Source: Nitrospirota bacterium (lineage in GTDB: Bacteria; Nitrospirota; UBA9217). From it: a stretch of DNA of 64,000 nucleotides. Position numbers and translations under genes: made by a program. Below are positions 29,506 to 39,052 of this stretch, piece by piece. Position 1 is the first letter of the stretch. Every line of letters starts with the position of its first letter. The stretch lies in contig CAWFSF010000003.1 in assembly GCA_963818475.1 (NCBI GenBank), positions 32,001 to 96,000 of the forward strand. The letters are read 5' to 3'. Below the pieces are notes generated by a model that saw only the letters and a program-made list of their open reading frames with translations, was not told the origin of the DNA and ran no database searches.

Positions 29506-30798
29506 CTATTCCGGTTCGCGACAAAGTCGCTCGACCCGCTGCGGATAACTGCTCCAATCCGGGACCCTGACATCTTGCCCTCCGTACTTATTTCCCAGCG
29601 CGTTCGCCGCTGTCCAGATGAGCCTATACGGAATGGGAGCTTCCAACATCTCACGCTCGCGCTTCTTCGCCTCAAGCTCGGCCTGAAGCTCGCGCTTCTT
29701 CGCTTCGTCATAGATGCTCACCTTGGCCAGGACCAGCTGACTCAGCACGGCGCGGTCGGCGTCCATCATCCGACCGCCGGGGCACAGACGCGCCTCGACG
29801 TGCTCTTCAAGCCTTTCCAGCAACAGCGGGATCACTTCTTCGTTTACAACACCCTGCTCATTCAACCCGTGAGGGGCGAGCTGCCTGGAAAAGTTGCCGG
29901 GCTCGAGCGCATCCCAGATCAGCTTGGTATTGATATTCGGAATGGCGTACCCAGTGAAATGCCGTTCAATCAGCGTCCGCAGCACCGCGCGGTCCGGCTC
30001 GCTCAGAGGTTCGTTCGCTGCGATTTGTGCGGAATCGTTCACGCCCTTTGCCAGGCCGGCGATCCATCCGGAACGTCTGGCAAGATAACCGCTCGGAGGC
30101 TCTTGCCGCCAAGGATAGGTCCATCCTGTGCCCCAGATGCGTTCATGTTGTTGTTCAGCGAGTTCCAGTATCACGCCAAGTCCGCCGGCTCCGGCTTCAC
30201 GACCCACGGCCTGCCCTGCTGAGTACTCCTGCTTCCAAAAATGCTCTTCCGTGTTTGCGAGAACGAGGAAACCAGGAAGCAGCGCCACCTGCAAGGCCAT
30301 CCATGCGGTGACCCAACCCGGCCAGCGCCGGCCCTGGCGCATGGCCCGGTACTGCGCGAGCGGAGCGATGACGATGAAAGGCAAAAATACCGCGCTGGTC
30401 ATCAAGAGCACGACCAGCGACGCCCCACCCGGGGCCCCTTTGAAGAATCCTGCTCGTTCGCTGGGAGAAGCGGCTAAGCCGAGGAGGAGAAAGATCACCA
30501 CCAGGGCGACGATGAGCCCGCCGACGAGAGCCGCCCGGTAGCGAAAGATCTTGGCAAACAAAGCCACGTCAACAATCACGCCATACGCGACGGTCAGCGC
30601 GAAGGCCAGAAAGAATCCAATCCCTTCCAATCGCATCTGGCCGTAACTCGCATGTGCGGCGGAGGCAAGCGCACATGAGGCCAGGAGGAAGAAGGCTGGC
30701 GCGTACCACCCTGCTCGAGACCGACGAAGACAGTTGCCACGAGATTGGCCCACGACAGAGCGTAACCGTCTGTCTTCGGTACTGAGGAGACGTGTCAT
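29506..30798 (-). CDS. Cassette gene, multi-pass membrane protein
   Basis: ATG shortly after GTTAGGT (30804-30810), which complements ACCTAAC of its own attC; about four TM helices plus a soluble domain. Confidence 0.65.
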   Translation of the reverse strand: MTRLLSTEDRRLRSVVGQSRGNCLRRSRAGWYAPAFFLLASCALASAAHASYGQMRLEGIGFFLAFALTVAYGVIVDVALFAKIFRYRAALVGGLIVALVVIFLLLGLAASPSERAGFFKGAPGGASLVVLLMTSAVFLPFIVIAPLAQYRAMRQGRRWPGWVTAWMALQVALLPGFLVLANTEEHFWKQEYSAGQAVGREAGAGGLGVILELAEQQHERIWGTGWTYPWRQEPPSGYLARRSGWIAGLAKGVNDSAQIAANEPLSEPDRAVLRTLIERHFTGYAIPNINTKLIWDALEPGNFSRQLAPHGLNEQGVVNEEVIPLLLERLEEHVEARLCPGGRMMDADRAVLSQLVLAKVSIYDEAKKRELQAELEAKKREREMLEAPIPYRLIWTAANALGNKYGGQDVRVPDWSSYPQRVERLCREPE

Positions 30799-30893
30799 GA
30801 GCAACCTAACGTTCAGTGGCATGGGCACCTCAATGTGTCCCGCAAGTGTCGGCTTTCGGCCACAACCAGACCCTCGGCGTACCTCGGCCATGA

Positions 30894-31202
30894 CTACCAT
30901 CTCATTGCGGCCAGCAGCCAGATCAATCCGGCCAGTAGCGCCACGTTGATACCCAAGGCGGACCAGGCAAGCCAGGAGCGACGATCGGCGCGCCAGGCGA
31001 GTCCTCCCAGTAAGGTGCCGGTCAGGAGCAAGACCAGTGCCCAGGTGAGCGCGAAGCCCAAGGCGTTGAAGCCAGTGAAGTCGTCGCGGAACGTGAATAT
31101 ATGCAAGCGCAACAGCAGGAACATCACGGGCAAACCCGCCGTCGCAACGAGCGACAGGATAGCGAAGATTTGTGCGCGTGTGCGATTCATCTCCGAGTGC
31201 AA
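30894..31202 (-). CDS. Small three-TM membrane protein
   Basis: Hydrophobic 102-aa ORF upstream of a degenerate attC. Confidence 0.6.
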   Translation of the reverse strand: MHSEMNRTRAQIFAILSLVATAGLPVMFLLLRLHIFTFRDDFTGFNALGFALTWALVLLLTGTLLGGLAWRADRRSWLAWSALGINVALLAGLIWLLAAMRW

Positions 31203-31206
31203 CTTT

Positions 31207-31273
31207 GGGAACGTTGGTTCTTAGAGTGCATTGTGAGGGACATAAATAAAGCACCGTAAGAACCAACGTTCCC
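31207..31273. repeat. 17-bp perfect inverted repeat (MITE/REP-like)
   Basis: GGGAACGTTGGTTCTTA...TAAGAACCAACGTTCCC. Confidence 0.8.
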
Positions 31274-31602
31274 TATTTTGCCCTTCCTCACGCGGAGACT
31301 ATTAAATCAGTGCCAAGCTATGACTGCCGGAACGAATGCCATGACTGCCCATCACTAATGACCTTAATCCCGATGGGTGACTGGTGCAGTGACAACTGAC
31401 ATTTAAACCGAATGAAACTGCAGCAATGGTACGGATGAAGATAACGAAAAGCTCGGCGAGAAACGTCCGTTTCTAGCCACAAGATAGCTTTTTTGCTTGA
31501 CGGTGCCCTTTAAGTGGGTGATCCTAAAGACTCCAAGGCAATAGGAGTTTCTCGCGTAAATAGGTTTATCATTTAAAATTCCAACAAGGCTAGAACGTCG
31601 AC

Positions 31603-32349
31603 CTATGCTGTCCCTTGATTTTTATGTTTATTGAGATTCATTTCAATCCAGAGGTGATGAAGCGCGAGTCTCTTGCCTTTTACGCTTCCGACCCTGCTAT
31701 GAACCGACTTAGAAATTGCAACTCCGTTGAGCGAATCTTCTTCAAAGGTATCTAGCTTCTCTCCATCGCTCCAATGGCAGGTATCTTCAAATACTCCTTG
31801 CGCAAACTTTGCGATCCAATCATTAATCTGGCTATGCCATTGGCTTAACGAGCATTTTTGAACATAGCCGACCAATGCGACGATATTATGATCACCTCCA
31901 TGCAGTCCGAGTTTGAATCGTTGGATCCCCCCGCTAACTTTGTCTTTTCCACCAGAAACATATTCTTTTTCTCGGTCGAGGGAAGGAGCGGGAAGACGTT
32001 TCCCTTCAATGACGAGGATAGTGTCGTATATGGTGTGAAGCCTAGCATCTATGGTTATCGGCTCAACCGGAGATACAGAGATGTCAACACTTCGTCGACC
32101 GGATTGATTTTCTTGATGGTCGAAACGCACCATCGGAAATTCACTTCGCGCATGTGCATCGAGATATTTGACGAGCTGTAGATTTAATTGATTCTCAGAC
32201 TGTGCGTCCCTTCGGTTTGGATCGTCTCTCCATGCTGGTAGTTGTCGCACAATATAAGCGATCGTTTTTGAGACAAGTGTGCCTTTTTGAATACCGGAAG
32301 TAATACCGCCTTTGGTTTGCGCTGCAGCCGTTTTTTCGCTCATATTCAA
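31603..32349 (-). CDS. Putative PD-(D/E)XK nuclease-fold protein
   Basis: E...RRSVDI...ILVIEGKRL; ATGA overlap with the methyltransferase. Confidence 0.6.
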   Translation of the reverse strand: MNMSEKTAAAQTKGGITSGIQKGTLVSKTIAYIVRQLPAWRDDPNRRDAQSENQLNLQLVKYLDAHARSEFPMVRFDHQENQSGRRSVDISVSPVEPITIDARLHTIYDTILVIEGKRLPAPSLDREKEYVSGGKDKVSGGIQRFKLGLHGGDHNIVALVGYVQKCSLSQWHSQINDWIAKFAQGVFEDTCHWSDGEKLDTFEEDSLNGVAISKSVHSRVGSVKGKRLALHHLWIEMNLNKHKNQGTA

Positions 32350-35207
32350 AAGCCCTGCTCGCGCAAATCTAGAAGCGATTCATCAGCATCCCGTATAGCG
32401 GTCGAAGGAATCCAATACCGTAGCCGGTCTGGCTTCACTATCAAAAATACATTTTGAGAATAGAACCGCAATACCCGTATGGTACGAAGAAATTTATACT
32501 GCTCTTCGTGATAGATAAGCTTTCGCAAATCAGCCTCAATCCCTTTTTCGATCCAGGTCAGATTTGGCCGCTCTCCGAAATAGAATGGCTGACAAATGAG
32601 ACCATCGAGATGAATGGTCGCCGCTGCTTTCAGATTATCGTAAACGCTGCCAAGCATTCGCATGAACAGATTGGCGTAGGCGTTGAGATCGCTTGGAGTC
32701 GCTGCATTTTTCAAGAGCGCGGAATTCTGCCCGAGACGCACATAATCAGCCATATATTTAAGGACATCCACTCGTAGTGTTTCTTCCCAGAAACAGAATG
32801 TCAACTCGCTCGGGTCTTCAGGAAACGGCAGCACATCTATATCTTGCTTCAGAATTGCTGTCGCCTTGCCTATTAGCGCTTGCGACCCATTTAGCATGCA
32901 CGTGAACCGATACATGTCTCGGTTGTGTGCAATAGTGCTATAAATCGAACGGAGATCTGATTCCTGTGAGCGAGGCGCATGGATTCCTACGATTTTGTCT
33001 CGATATGCTATAGAACTCTTAGACCAAAAAGCAATGGGAAGCGACTCTGACTCTTTGATCATTACGAGCGGCGGAGTAAACCGCCTTTCATTTCGAGGAC
33101 TTTCGAATTTTGTTTCATTTACAACACCAATACTGCTTTCATCTATGCCGTCTATTGTAAGCGCTTCCGTAGGCAGGTATTTTTTACCTGTTAAAAAGGG
33201 AGCCTCTGTTTTACCGCTTCCTACAATGAAGCCCTCCCCATAGTCCCAATCCTTTTGCTTGGCGATGAATTCTTCTAATGTGCGCATGCGTCGTAGACGT
33301 TGCGAGAGGTCAAGCAGTCTTCCACCGCCGAGCAGGTTAACGCGCCACACATATGGGTCTGCCACTGCTTGTGCCTGGGTCACGTGATGTTGATCGTAAT
33401 GATCGATCTCAAAGCAAATTCGCTCATGCGCGCTATTCGTCCGGCGGAATGTCAGATGATTAATCCAGTGGTTCTCGTGTGGGGTTTTTGCTTGAACGAA
33501 CATTGCCACTGTTTTGGGGTCCGCCGCATCATATAAATTGCGTATCGAACTGAAATCGAGAATGGCATGCACCTGAAATTTTCGATGGATAGCGGCTCGA
33601 AACGCTTGTGCGTGACGATTATAAAGAATACCAGCGGGTTGAATCAGGCATAGCCGACCGTTTGGCCTAAGCAGGTTCAGCGTTTCCTCCAGAAATAGAT
33701 AGGCTGCTTGTTTGTCCGGCAACGATCCGCGTGTGCTGTCCCGCTGTTTCGCAAGCTTATCAATCTTCTTACCGGCTTCCGACAACTTGGATTCAAAGGG
33801 CGGATTGCCAACAACGATGTCGAATCCGCCCGTCGGGAGAGAAGGCTTGCCTTGTTGCGTATCGTCGCATAAGGTAAAGAAATCAGCTTCAAGCAGGTTG
33901 GATTCGTGGAGAGGATCGAATTTCAGTTCGCGCCAAATAACAGCAGGCTGCAAAGCATCGCAAACCGCGAGGCTCAGGCTGAAAGCCGTAAGATGAACGG
34001 CATTTGGGTCTAGTTCGACTCCATAAATACTTCTCTTCAAAATTCTCTTGAGAGTCTGAACGTCGGGTTTTCTCCACCCATGGCGGCTGCGCCAGACATT
34101 GACAAGTCTCTTGAATGCCCCAACGAGGAAAACACCAGAACCACACGCCGAGTCCAGAACCCGTTCATCGCCCGAAAGTTTATCGTACGGCATGGCATAG
34201 TCAAGCAGCAATGCGGCTAGGAAAGGCGGGGTATAAACTGCACCATGGCCACCATTGACGAAGCGCTGATAAAGGTGACTGATGACCTCGACGGGTAGAT
34301 GTGCAAAGGAGAACCGTTTCCAAAGATAGCGCTGTCTGCTGAGTGTTTTCGCCTCTACGAGTTCAGCAAAGCGAAGAAGCGCTTTTTTTGTAATTTTTTG
34401 CCGACCCTCAACTGGCAAGGAAAAAATATCACCGTTGAATTTTTCTTCCAGTCTAGCAAGCAGACGTAACACTTCCTCAGGTTCGCCTCCTTGCAGTACG
34501 TCAAAAAAGCCTCGAGCTCCCTTTCGATAGGCCCCGAACCAGCCGTCTCCCGGAAATACTCGCCGGTCCTCAAGATATTTGATCAACACCAGCAAAAAAA
34601 GCAGGCGTCGCAGAATCGGATGGTTTTCTCCTTCGAGCTCCTCATCTGCTTCCACTATCGCCTGAATCAGTTCTTGATGGGCAACTTTTGTGTGGTCCGC
34701 CAGCTTGCGGTTATCCGGATCTTCCCAGAAGGTTCCATCGGCAAGCGGAAAAATTGTAAATTTCCAGAGGTTGTCCGATATTTCGCCCGCTGTTTTTAGT
34801 GCGTCGATTTCAAAGGTTTTAGCCGGGATATAGCAGTATTCTTCATTTTTTGATTTCCAAAAGTCCGGGCCTCTTACACACGATAAAATATCAACTCTGC
34901 TCTGCCAGGCAACGTAAATCAACGGAGCCAGTCCGTATAACCAGACCTTCCAGTGGAGCTCAGCCAATTTTTTTTCATCGAGTCGGTGGTTTGAGTTGTC
35001 AACAATATAAGCCGCGATTTGGGACGACCGGCCGTCGGTAAACCGCCGAAAATAAATATAATCGACATGATCAAACGCCTTTGCCTCATTAACGGCCGCA
35101 CGCTCGTCAACGGCTAAATTGGCTCCTGCATTGTCACGCAGAGAGACGAGGCCGGGTGCTGATTTTCCCGCACTGATAAAATCGATTGTTTCAAGCTGTG
35201 TCGGCAT
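32346..35207 (-). CDS. N6-adenine DNA methyltransferase (Type IIG/Eco57I-like architecture)
   Basis: GAVYTPP, VLDSACGSGVFL (motif I), VGNPPF (motif IV), C-terminal TRD-like region. Confidence 0.9.
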   Translation of the reverse strand: MPTQLETIDFISAGKSAPGLVSLRDNAGANLAVDERAAVNEAKAFDHVDYIYFRRFTDGRSSQIAAYIVDNSNHRLDEKKLAELHWKVWLYGLAPLIYVAWQSRVDILSCVRGPDFWKSKNEEYCYIPAKTFEIDALKTAGEISDNLWKFTIFPLADGTFWEDPDNRKLADHTKVAHQELIQAIVEADEELEGENHPILRRLLFLLVLIKYLEDRRVFPGDGWFGAYRKGARGFFDVLQGGEPEEVLRLLARLEEKFNGDIFSLPVEGRQKITKKALLRFAELVEAKTLSRQRYLWKRFSFAHLPVEVISHLYQRFVNGGHGAVYTPPFLAALLLDYAMPYDKLSGDERVLDSACGSGVFLVGAFKRLVNVWRSRHGWRKPDVQTLKRILKRSIYGVELDPNAVHLTAFSLSLAVCDALQPAVIWRELKFDPLHESNLLEADFFTLCDDTQQGKPSLPTGGFDIVVGNPPFESKLSEAGKKIDKLAKQRDSTRGSLPDKQAAYLFLEETLNLLRPNGRLCLIQPAGILYNRHAQAFRAAIHRKFQVHAILDFSSIRNLYDAADPKTVAMFVQAKTPHENHWINHLTFRRTNSAHERICFEIDHYDQHHVTQAQAVADPYVWRVNLLGGGRLLDLSQRLRRMRTLEEFIAKQKDWDYGEGFIVGSGKTEAPFLTGKKYLPTEALTIDGIDESSIGVVNETKFESPRNERRFTPPLVMIKESESLPIAFWSKSSIAYRDKIVGIHAPRSQESDLRSIYSTIAHNRDMYRFTCMLNGSQALIGKATAILKQDIDVLPFPEDPSELTFCFWEETLRVDVLKYMADYVRLGQNSALLKNAATPSDLNAYANLFMRMLGSVYDNLKAAATIHLDGLICQPFYFGERPNLTWIEKGIEADLRKLIYHEEQYKFLRTIRVLRFYSQNVFLIVKPDRLRYWIPSTAIRDADESLLDLREQGF

Positions 35208-35738
35208 TAGTTCCTTTAGCTAAACCAAATGTACCGTAGCATCATATCGACCTCTTGCAAATCTTAGCATCCGGAGTTGGGTCAGTGCGAGTGCATTGAT
35301 CGGTTCCAGGCGACATGTGGTGTTTGTGGTTTTATTATAGGTGAACATCTGTTCATGGTCAAGGAATTTCTCGTTTGTTTTCATGTATTACAGTTGTCGT
35401 GGAGAATCGGATCCTGCTCCGTTGAGCCATACGATAGTTTCTGGACCTCAAGCGTTTTTGCCTCATATTACAAAGAAATCTGCGGGGGCGGTTTTTGGCC
35501 AGTTGGAAAAAGCATCGGAGCACCTGATGTAACGAGGATACTGGATTTGAGAAAAGGGAGCAAGGAAAATATGGGTCTGATCCGGTGATAGTGAAGCCAC
35601 GAGGTGACGCGGGATCGTGAAGCAACATCGATTACGAATGAAACTTACAATGATCTCGACTCTCTGATCACTGTGGAGTAGGAAGAACTGACCATCGCAC
35701 GTTTTACCAAAAATTTTGAAAGGCGCAACTGCCGATCT

Positions 35739-36020
35739 CTAGAGCCGCCATAGGTAAGTAGCAAACCATAAGGAGCAGCCTGACACTGCAAAGATTTTCT
35801 CAAATATATTGAGCCGGTCAGTATTAACAATAAAATAAATACTCAAGGGAGAAGTAAGAAAGCATGCGGTAAGGTAAATGCATTTCGGCAAGACATTCTT
35901 TCTGTCTGATTCTTCGAAAAGCGTGCAAAATGGACATTCGATCTCGTCTTCCAGCCGATGTCCGCACCGAACACATCTGGTCACGCCCACTATTTCGTCA
36001 AAGTTCTGTTGATCTTCCAT
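35739..36020 (-). CDS. Small hypothetical protein (CxxC...CxxC plus TM segments)
   Basis: CVRCG...CPFC, then hydrophobic helices. Confidence 0.5.
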   Translation of the reverse strand: MEDQQNFDEIVGVTRCVRCGHRLEDEIECPFCTLFEESDRKNVLPKCIYLTACFLTSPLSIYFIVNTDRLNIFEKIFAVSGCSLWFATYLWRL

Positions 36021-36066
36021 TGTTTTCTGAATCCGGGTTTTATGGATCAGCTTCAAATCTCGCGAC

Positions 36067-36273
36067 CTAGCCCCTCATAAAATAAGGCAAGGCCATGAGC
36101 ACAATACCGACAAGAACGATCAAAAACGAGTTCGTGAAAAAATAGGGGAAAACCATCAGCGCCATGCCGGACAGGAGCGCAATGAACCGTCCTTGTCTCT
36201 TCCCATATACGAAGTAGCCCATGCCGATCGAGCCGAACAAAAGACCCCAGAGTAACGATGCCGAACTATCCAT
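36067..36273 (-). CDS. Small membrane protein
   Basis: GLLFGSIGMGYFVYGKRQ...FPYF. Confidence 0.7.
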   Translation of the reverse strand: MDSSASLLWGLLFGSIGMGYFVYGKRQGRFIALLSGMALMVFPYFFTNSFLIVLVGIVLMALPYFMRG

Positions 36274-36336
36274 GGTGTTTTCCTTAAATGAACAAATGGG
36301 TCGCTTTTCGACCTTTGTTCTTCGGCCAGTTCTGCA

Positions 36337-36942
36337 TTATTCTTTCTTCTTCAAATACTGCGGATACAGTTTGGTCGCACACTCGGGACAGAGACCGTGG
36401 CTGAATTCCACTTCCGAATGCTCGGAAATATAGGCTTCCATCTGGGTCCAATAGCCATGGTCGTCCCGGATCTTCTTACAGTACATGCAGATCGGCAAAA
36501 ATCCCCGCAGTGTTTTAATTTCCGTTGCGGAACGTTCCAGTTGAACGAGCAGTTTCTGGCGTCCGATGGCATAGCGTATAGAGCGCCCCAGCAGAACGTC
36601 GGTGATCTGGCCTTTGACAAGATAATCCTGGGCGCCTTTCTCAACAGCCTCGATGGCGAACTCATCATTATCGTAGCCGGTGAGTACGATGATGGGGACG
36701 TCGGGTGCATGCGCATGGGCCCTTTTAAAACCATCGAAGCCCGCTGCCGCGTCCGGCAGGCCGAGGTCCAGAAGCACGACGTCAAAGCCGCCTTTCTGTA
36801 AACATGCCAGCCCCTTGCTCAGCCGGTCAACATGCGTCACGTCATAATGAACGTTCGGCTTGCTGGACAGGTACCTCTGGATAAGTATTGCGTCACCAGG
36901 TTCGTCTTCTATGAGCAGCACCGCAATTGGCTTCGTAACCAT
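36337..36942 (-). CDS. Response regulator with C-terminal Cys/His motif
   Basis: REC domain plus LPICMYCKKIRDD...SHGLCPEC. Confidence 0.9.
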   Translation of the reverse strand: MVTKPIAVLLIEDEPGDAILIQRYLSSKPNVHYDVTHVDRLSKGLACLQKGGFDVVLLDLGLPDAAAGFDGFKRAHAHAPDVPIIVLTGYDNDEFAIEAVEKGAQDYLVKGQITDVLLGRSIRYAIGRQKLLVQLERSATEIKTLRGFLPICMYCKKIRDDHGYWTQMEAYISEHSEVEFSHGLCPECATKLYPQYLKKKE

Positions 36943-36957
36943 AGGTGTAAACCCAAT

Positions 36958-38433
36958 CTAGAGAGAAACCGGGGTCTCTCGATCCTTTCCTGCGGGGACG
37001 AATAAATCCACCGTGGTCCCTTCGTCTTTCCGGCTCTTCACCGTGATCGTGCCGTTCATCATGGTGAGCATTTTTTTTACGATCACCAGGCCGAGGCCGG
37101 TGCCGTGAGCCTTGGAGGTATGAAAGGGTTTGAAAAGGTCTTTCAGGCGTTCCTCAGGTATTCCGCCTCCGTTGTCCCGTACCCGGATCCGCACCATCGA
37201 TCCTGACGAAGAAACGCTTGCCGAGATCCTGGGATCCTTCCGTTCTTTCAGGGCGTCCGCGGCATTCGTAAAAACGTTCAGCAAAACCTGCTGGAGCAGC
37301 CGGGGGTCCGCGTAAACGCTTGCCGCGTCCTGCTCGATATCGATCGCAATGCCCTTTTTCTCGAAGTCCTCTTTTACCAGGGCGAGGAAATTCCCCAGGA
37401 AATCCTCAAGGTCAACGTCCTGGAGCTCGGGTTTCTCGAACATGTTGAAATTCCTGAGGCTTCGCAAAAGATATTCTACTTTTCCACAACTGTCCAGTGC
37501 GCGATCGATGTATTTTGCGATAGTCGCCTTGTCAAAGGTGTCTATTTTTGCCTTGAGCAGGCTCAGGCCCATAATGACCGCGTTGACCGGATTGCCGATC
37601 TCATGCCGTACCCCCGTGAAGATGTAGCCGATGTTATTCATGGTGTCTACGGCCTGGGCAATCGATTCGAGCCTGAGCTTGTCGGTGACGTCGCGCTTCA
37701 GGAACACATAATTGAGGATCTCGCCCGAGGGGGCCTTGATCAATGAGTAGGTGCACTCTTCCTCATAGGGCGTGCCGTCCTTCTTCGTACTCGTAAGGCG
37801 GCCGGTCCAGGCCCCGTCCCGTTTCATCACGTCCCGCATCCTCCGGGGAAACGGTTCGTCAAGTCTGCCGCTGTCGAGAATGTGGAGTTCCTGTCCTTCG
37901 ACTTCTTGCCGGGTGTGGCCCGAGATCCTTTCGTATGACGGGTTCACATACTGGATCATGCCGTGCGGGTCGGTGATGACCACCGCATCCGCCGCTGATT
38001 CGACTGTGGCCGCCAGGCGAATGCGCTCCTCCTCCGCCCGTTTTCTTGCCCTCCGCGTGTCCGCCTCACGGAGCTCCCGTTCGATGGCGGGCGCCAATCT
38101 CGCCAGATTCCCCTTCAGGACATAGTCGTGCGCTCCCGCCCTCATCGCTTCGACGGCGACGTCCTCTCCAATATTGCCGGAGACGATGATGAAGGGGAGG
38201 TCGAGCCCGCTTTCCCTGAGCACTGACAGGGCGTGGAGACCGCTGAACCGGGGCATAACGTAGTCGGACGTCACGACGTCCCATGTCCGCTGATCGAGCG
38301 CTGCCAGCATCGATTCAGGGGTTTCAACGCGCATGAAGTCGGGCTGGTACCCGCTTTTTCGCAGTTGGACGAGCAGCAGCAGCGCATCGTCCTCCGAATC
38401 CTCGACTATCAGTATCTTGAGCTTTTTGGTCAT
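36958..38433 (-). CDS. REC-PAS-histidine kinase
   Basis: REC, PAS, RHEIGNP, GTGLGL. Confidence 0.9.
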   Translation of the reverse strand: MTKKLKILIVEDSEDDALLLLVQLRKSGYQPDFMRVETPESMLAALDQRTWDVVTSDYVMPRFSGLHALSVLRESGLDLPFIIVSGNIGEDVAVEAMRAGAHDYVLKGNLARLAPAIERELREADTRRARKRAEEERIRLAATVESAADAVVITDPHGMIQYVNPSYERISGHTRQEVEGQELHILDSGRLDEPFPRRMRDVMKRDGAWTGRLTSTKKDGTPYEEECTYSLIKAPSGEILNYVFLKRDVTDKLRLESIAQAVDTMNNIGYIFTGVRHEIGNPVNAVIMGLSLLKAKIDTFDKATIAKYIDRALDSCGKVEYLLRSLRNFNMFEKPELQDVDLEDFLGNFLALVKEDFEKKGIAIDIEQDAASVYADPRLLQQVLLNVFTNAADALKERKDPRISASVSSSGSMVRIRVRDNGGGIPEERLKDLFKPFHTSKAHGTGLGLVIVKKMLTMMNGTITVKSRKDEGTTVDLFVPAGKDRETPVSL

Positions 38434-38510
38434 AATAAAGCGATAAGGGTACCGGGTACACCGTACAGAGTTTCAAGTTCAAATACTCTGAACTTTTCAC
38501 TTACCTCACG

Positions 38511-38942
38511 TTAAGGTCTTTCATTCAAAAGCAGCCAGTAGAGACCCAGTTGCCTCACCGCTTCCGTAAACTGGTTGAAATCAACAGGTTTGCGGACAAA
38601 GCTGTTTGCACCGAGCTGATAACTGGTAATGCGGTCCTTATCTTCGCTCGAGGTTGTAAGGATGACCACGGGAAGAAGCCTGGTCCTCTCGTCCGCCCGA
38701 ATACGCTGGAGGACTTCCAGTCCATCGACTTTGGGCATCTTTAAATCGAGCAGGACCACCTGGGGTTGCTCCTCGCTGTTTCTGCCCGTGTACTTGCCCG
38801 TGGCGAAAAGATAGTCAAGCGCTTCGGCCCCGTCCTGCGCCACCACAACCTTATTCAGGATATTGCCCTTCTTCAGCGCGCGTACCGTCAGCTCTATATC
38901 GTCCTGATTGTCTTCAACCAATAAAATGACCTTGTTGTTCAT
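38511..38942 (-). CDS. Single-domain response regulator
   Basis: LLVEDN...LLDLKMP...RKPVDF. Confidence 0.9.
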   Translation of the reverse strand: MNNKVILLVEDNQDDIELTVRALKKGNILNKVVVAQDGAEALDYLFATGKYTGRNSEEQPQVVLLDLKMPKVDGLEVLQRIRADERTRLLPVVILTTSSEDKDRITSYQLGANSFVRKPVDFNQFTEAVRQLGLYWLLLNERP

Positions 38943-39052
38943 TCTGCGCTCCTGACTTTTTTATATGCGATCCCGGACATGATGCCTGATGCGGATCCTA
39001 CCCCACCATTATAATCATTTCTGGTTTCATTTCAAAACTTTTTTGGTGATGC

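Noticed and set aside
30799-31266. N-terminal extension of the 586-aa ORF
   Set aside because: It crosses a cassette boundary and overlaps another plausible gene, so the start was reassigned to 30798.
31320-31395. Plasmid iterons
   Set aside because: RTGAC units are short and irregularly spaced, and no rep gene is present.
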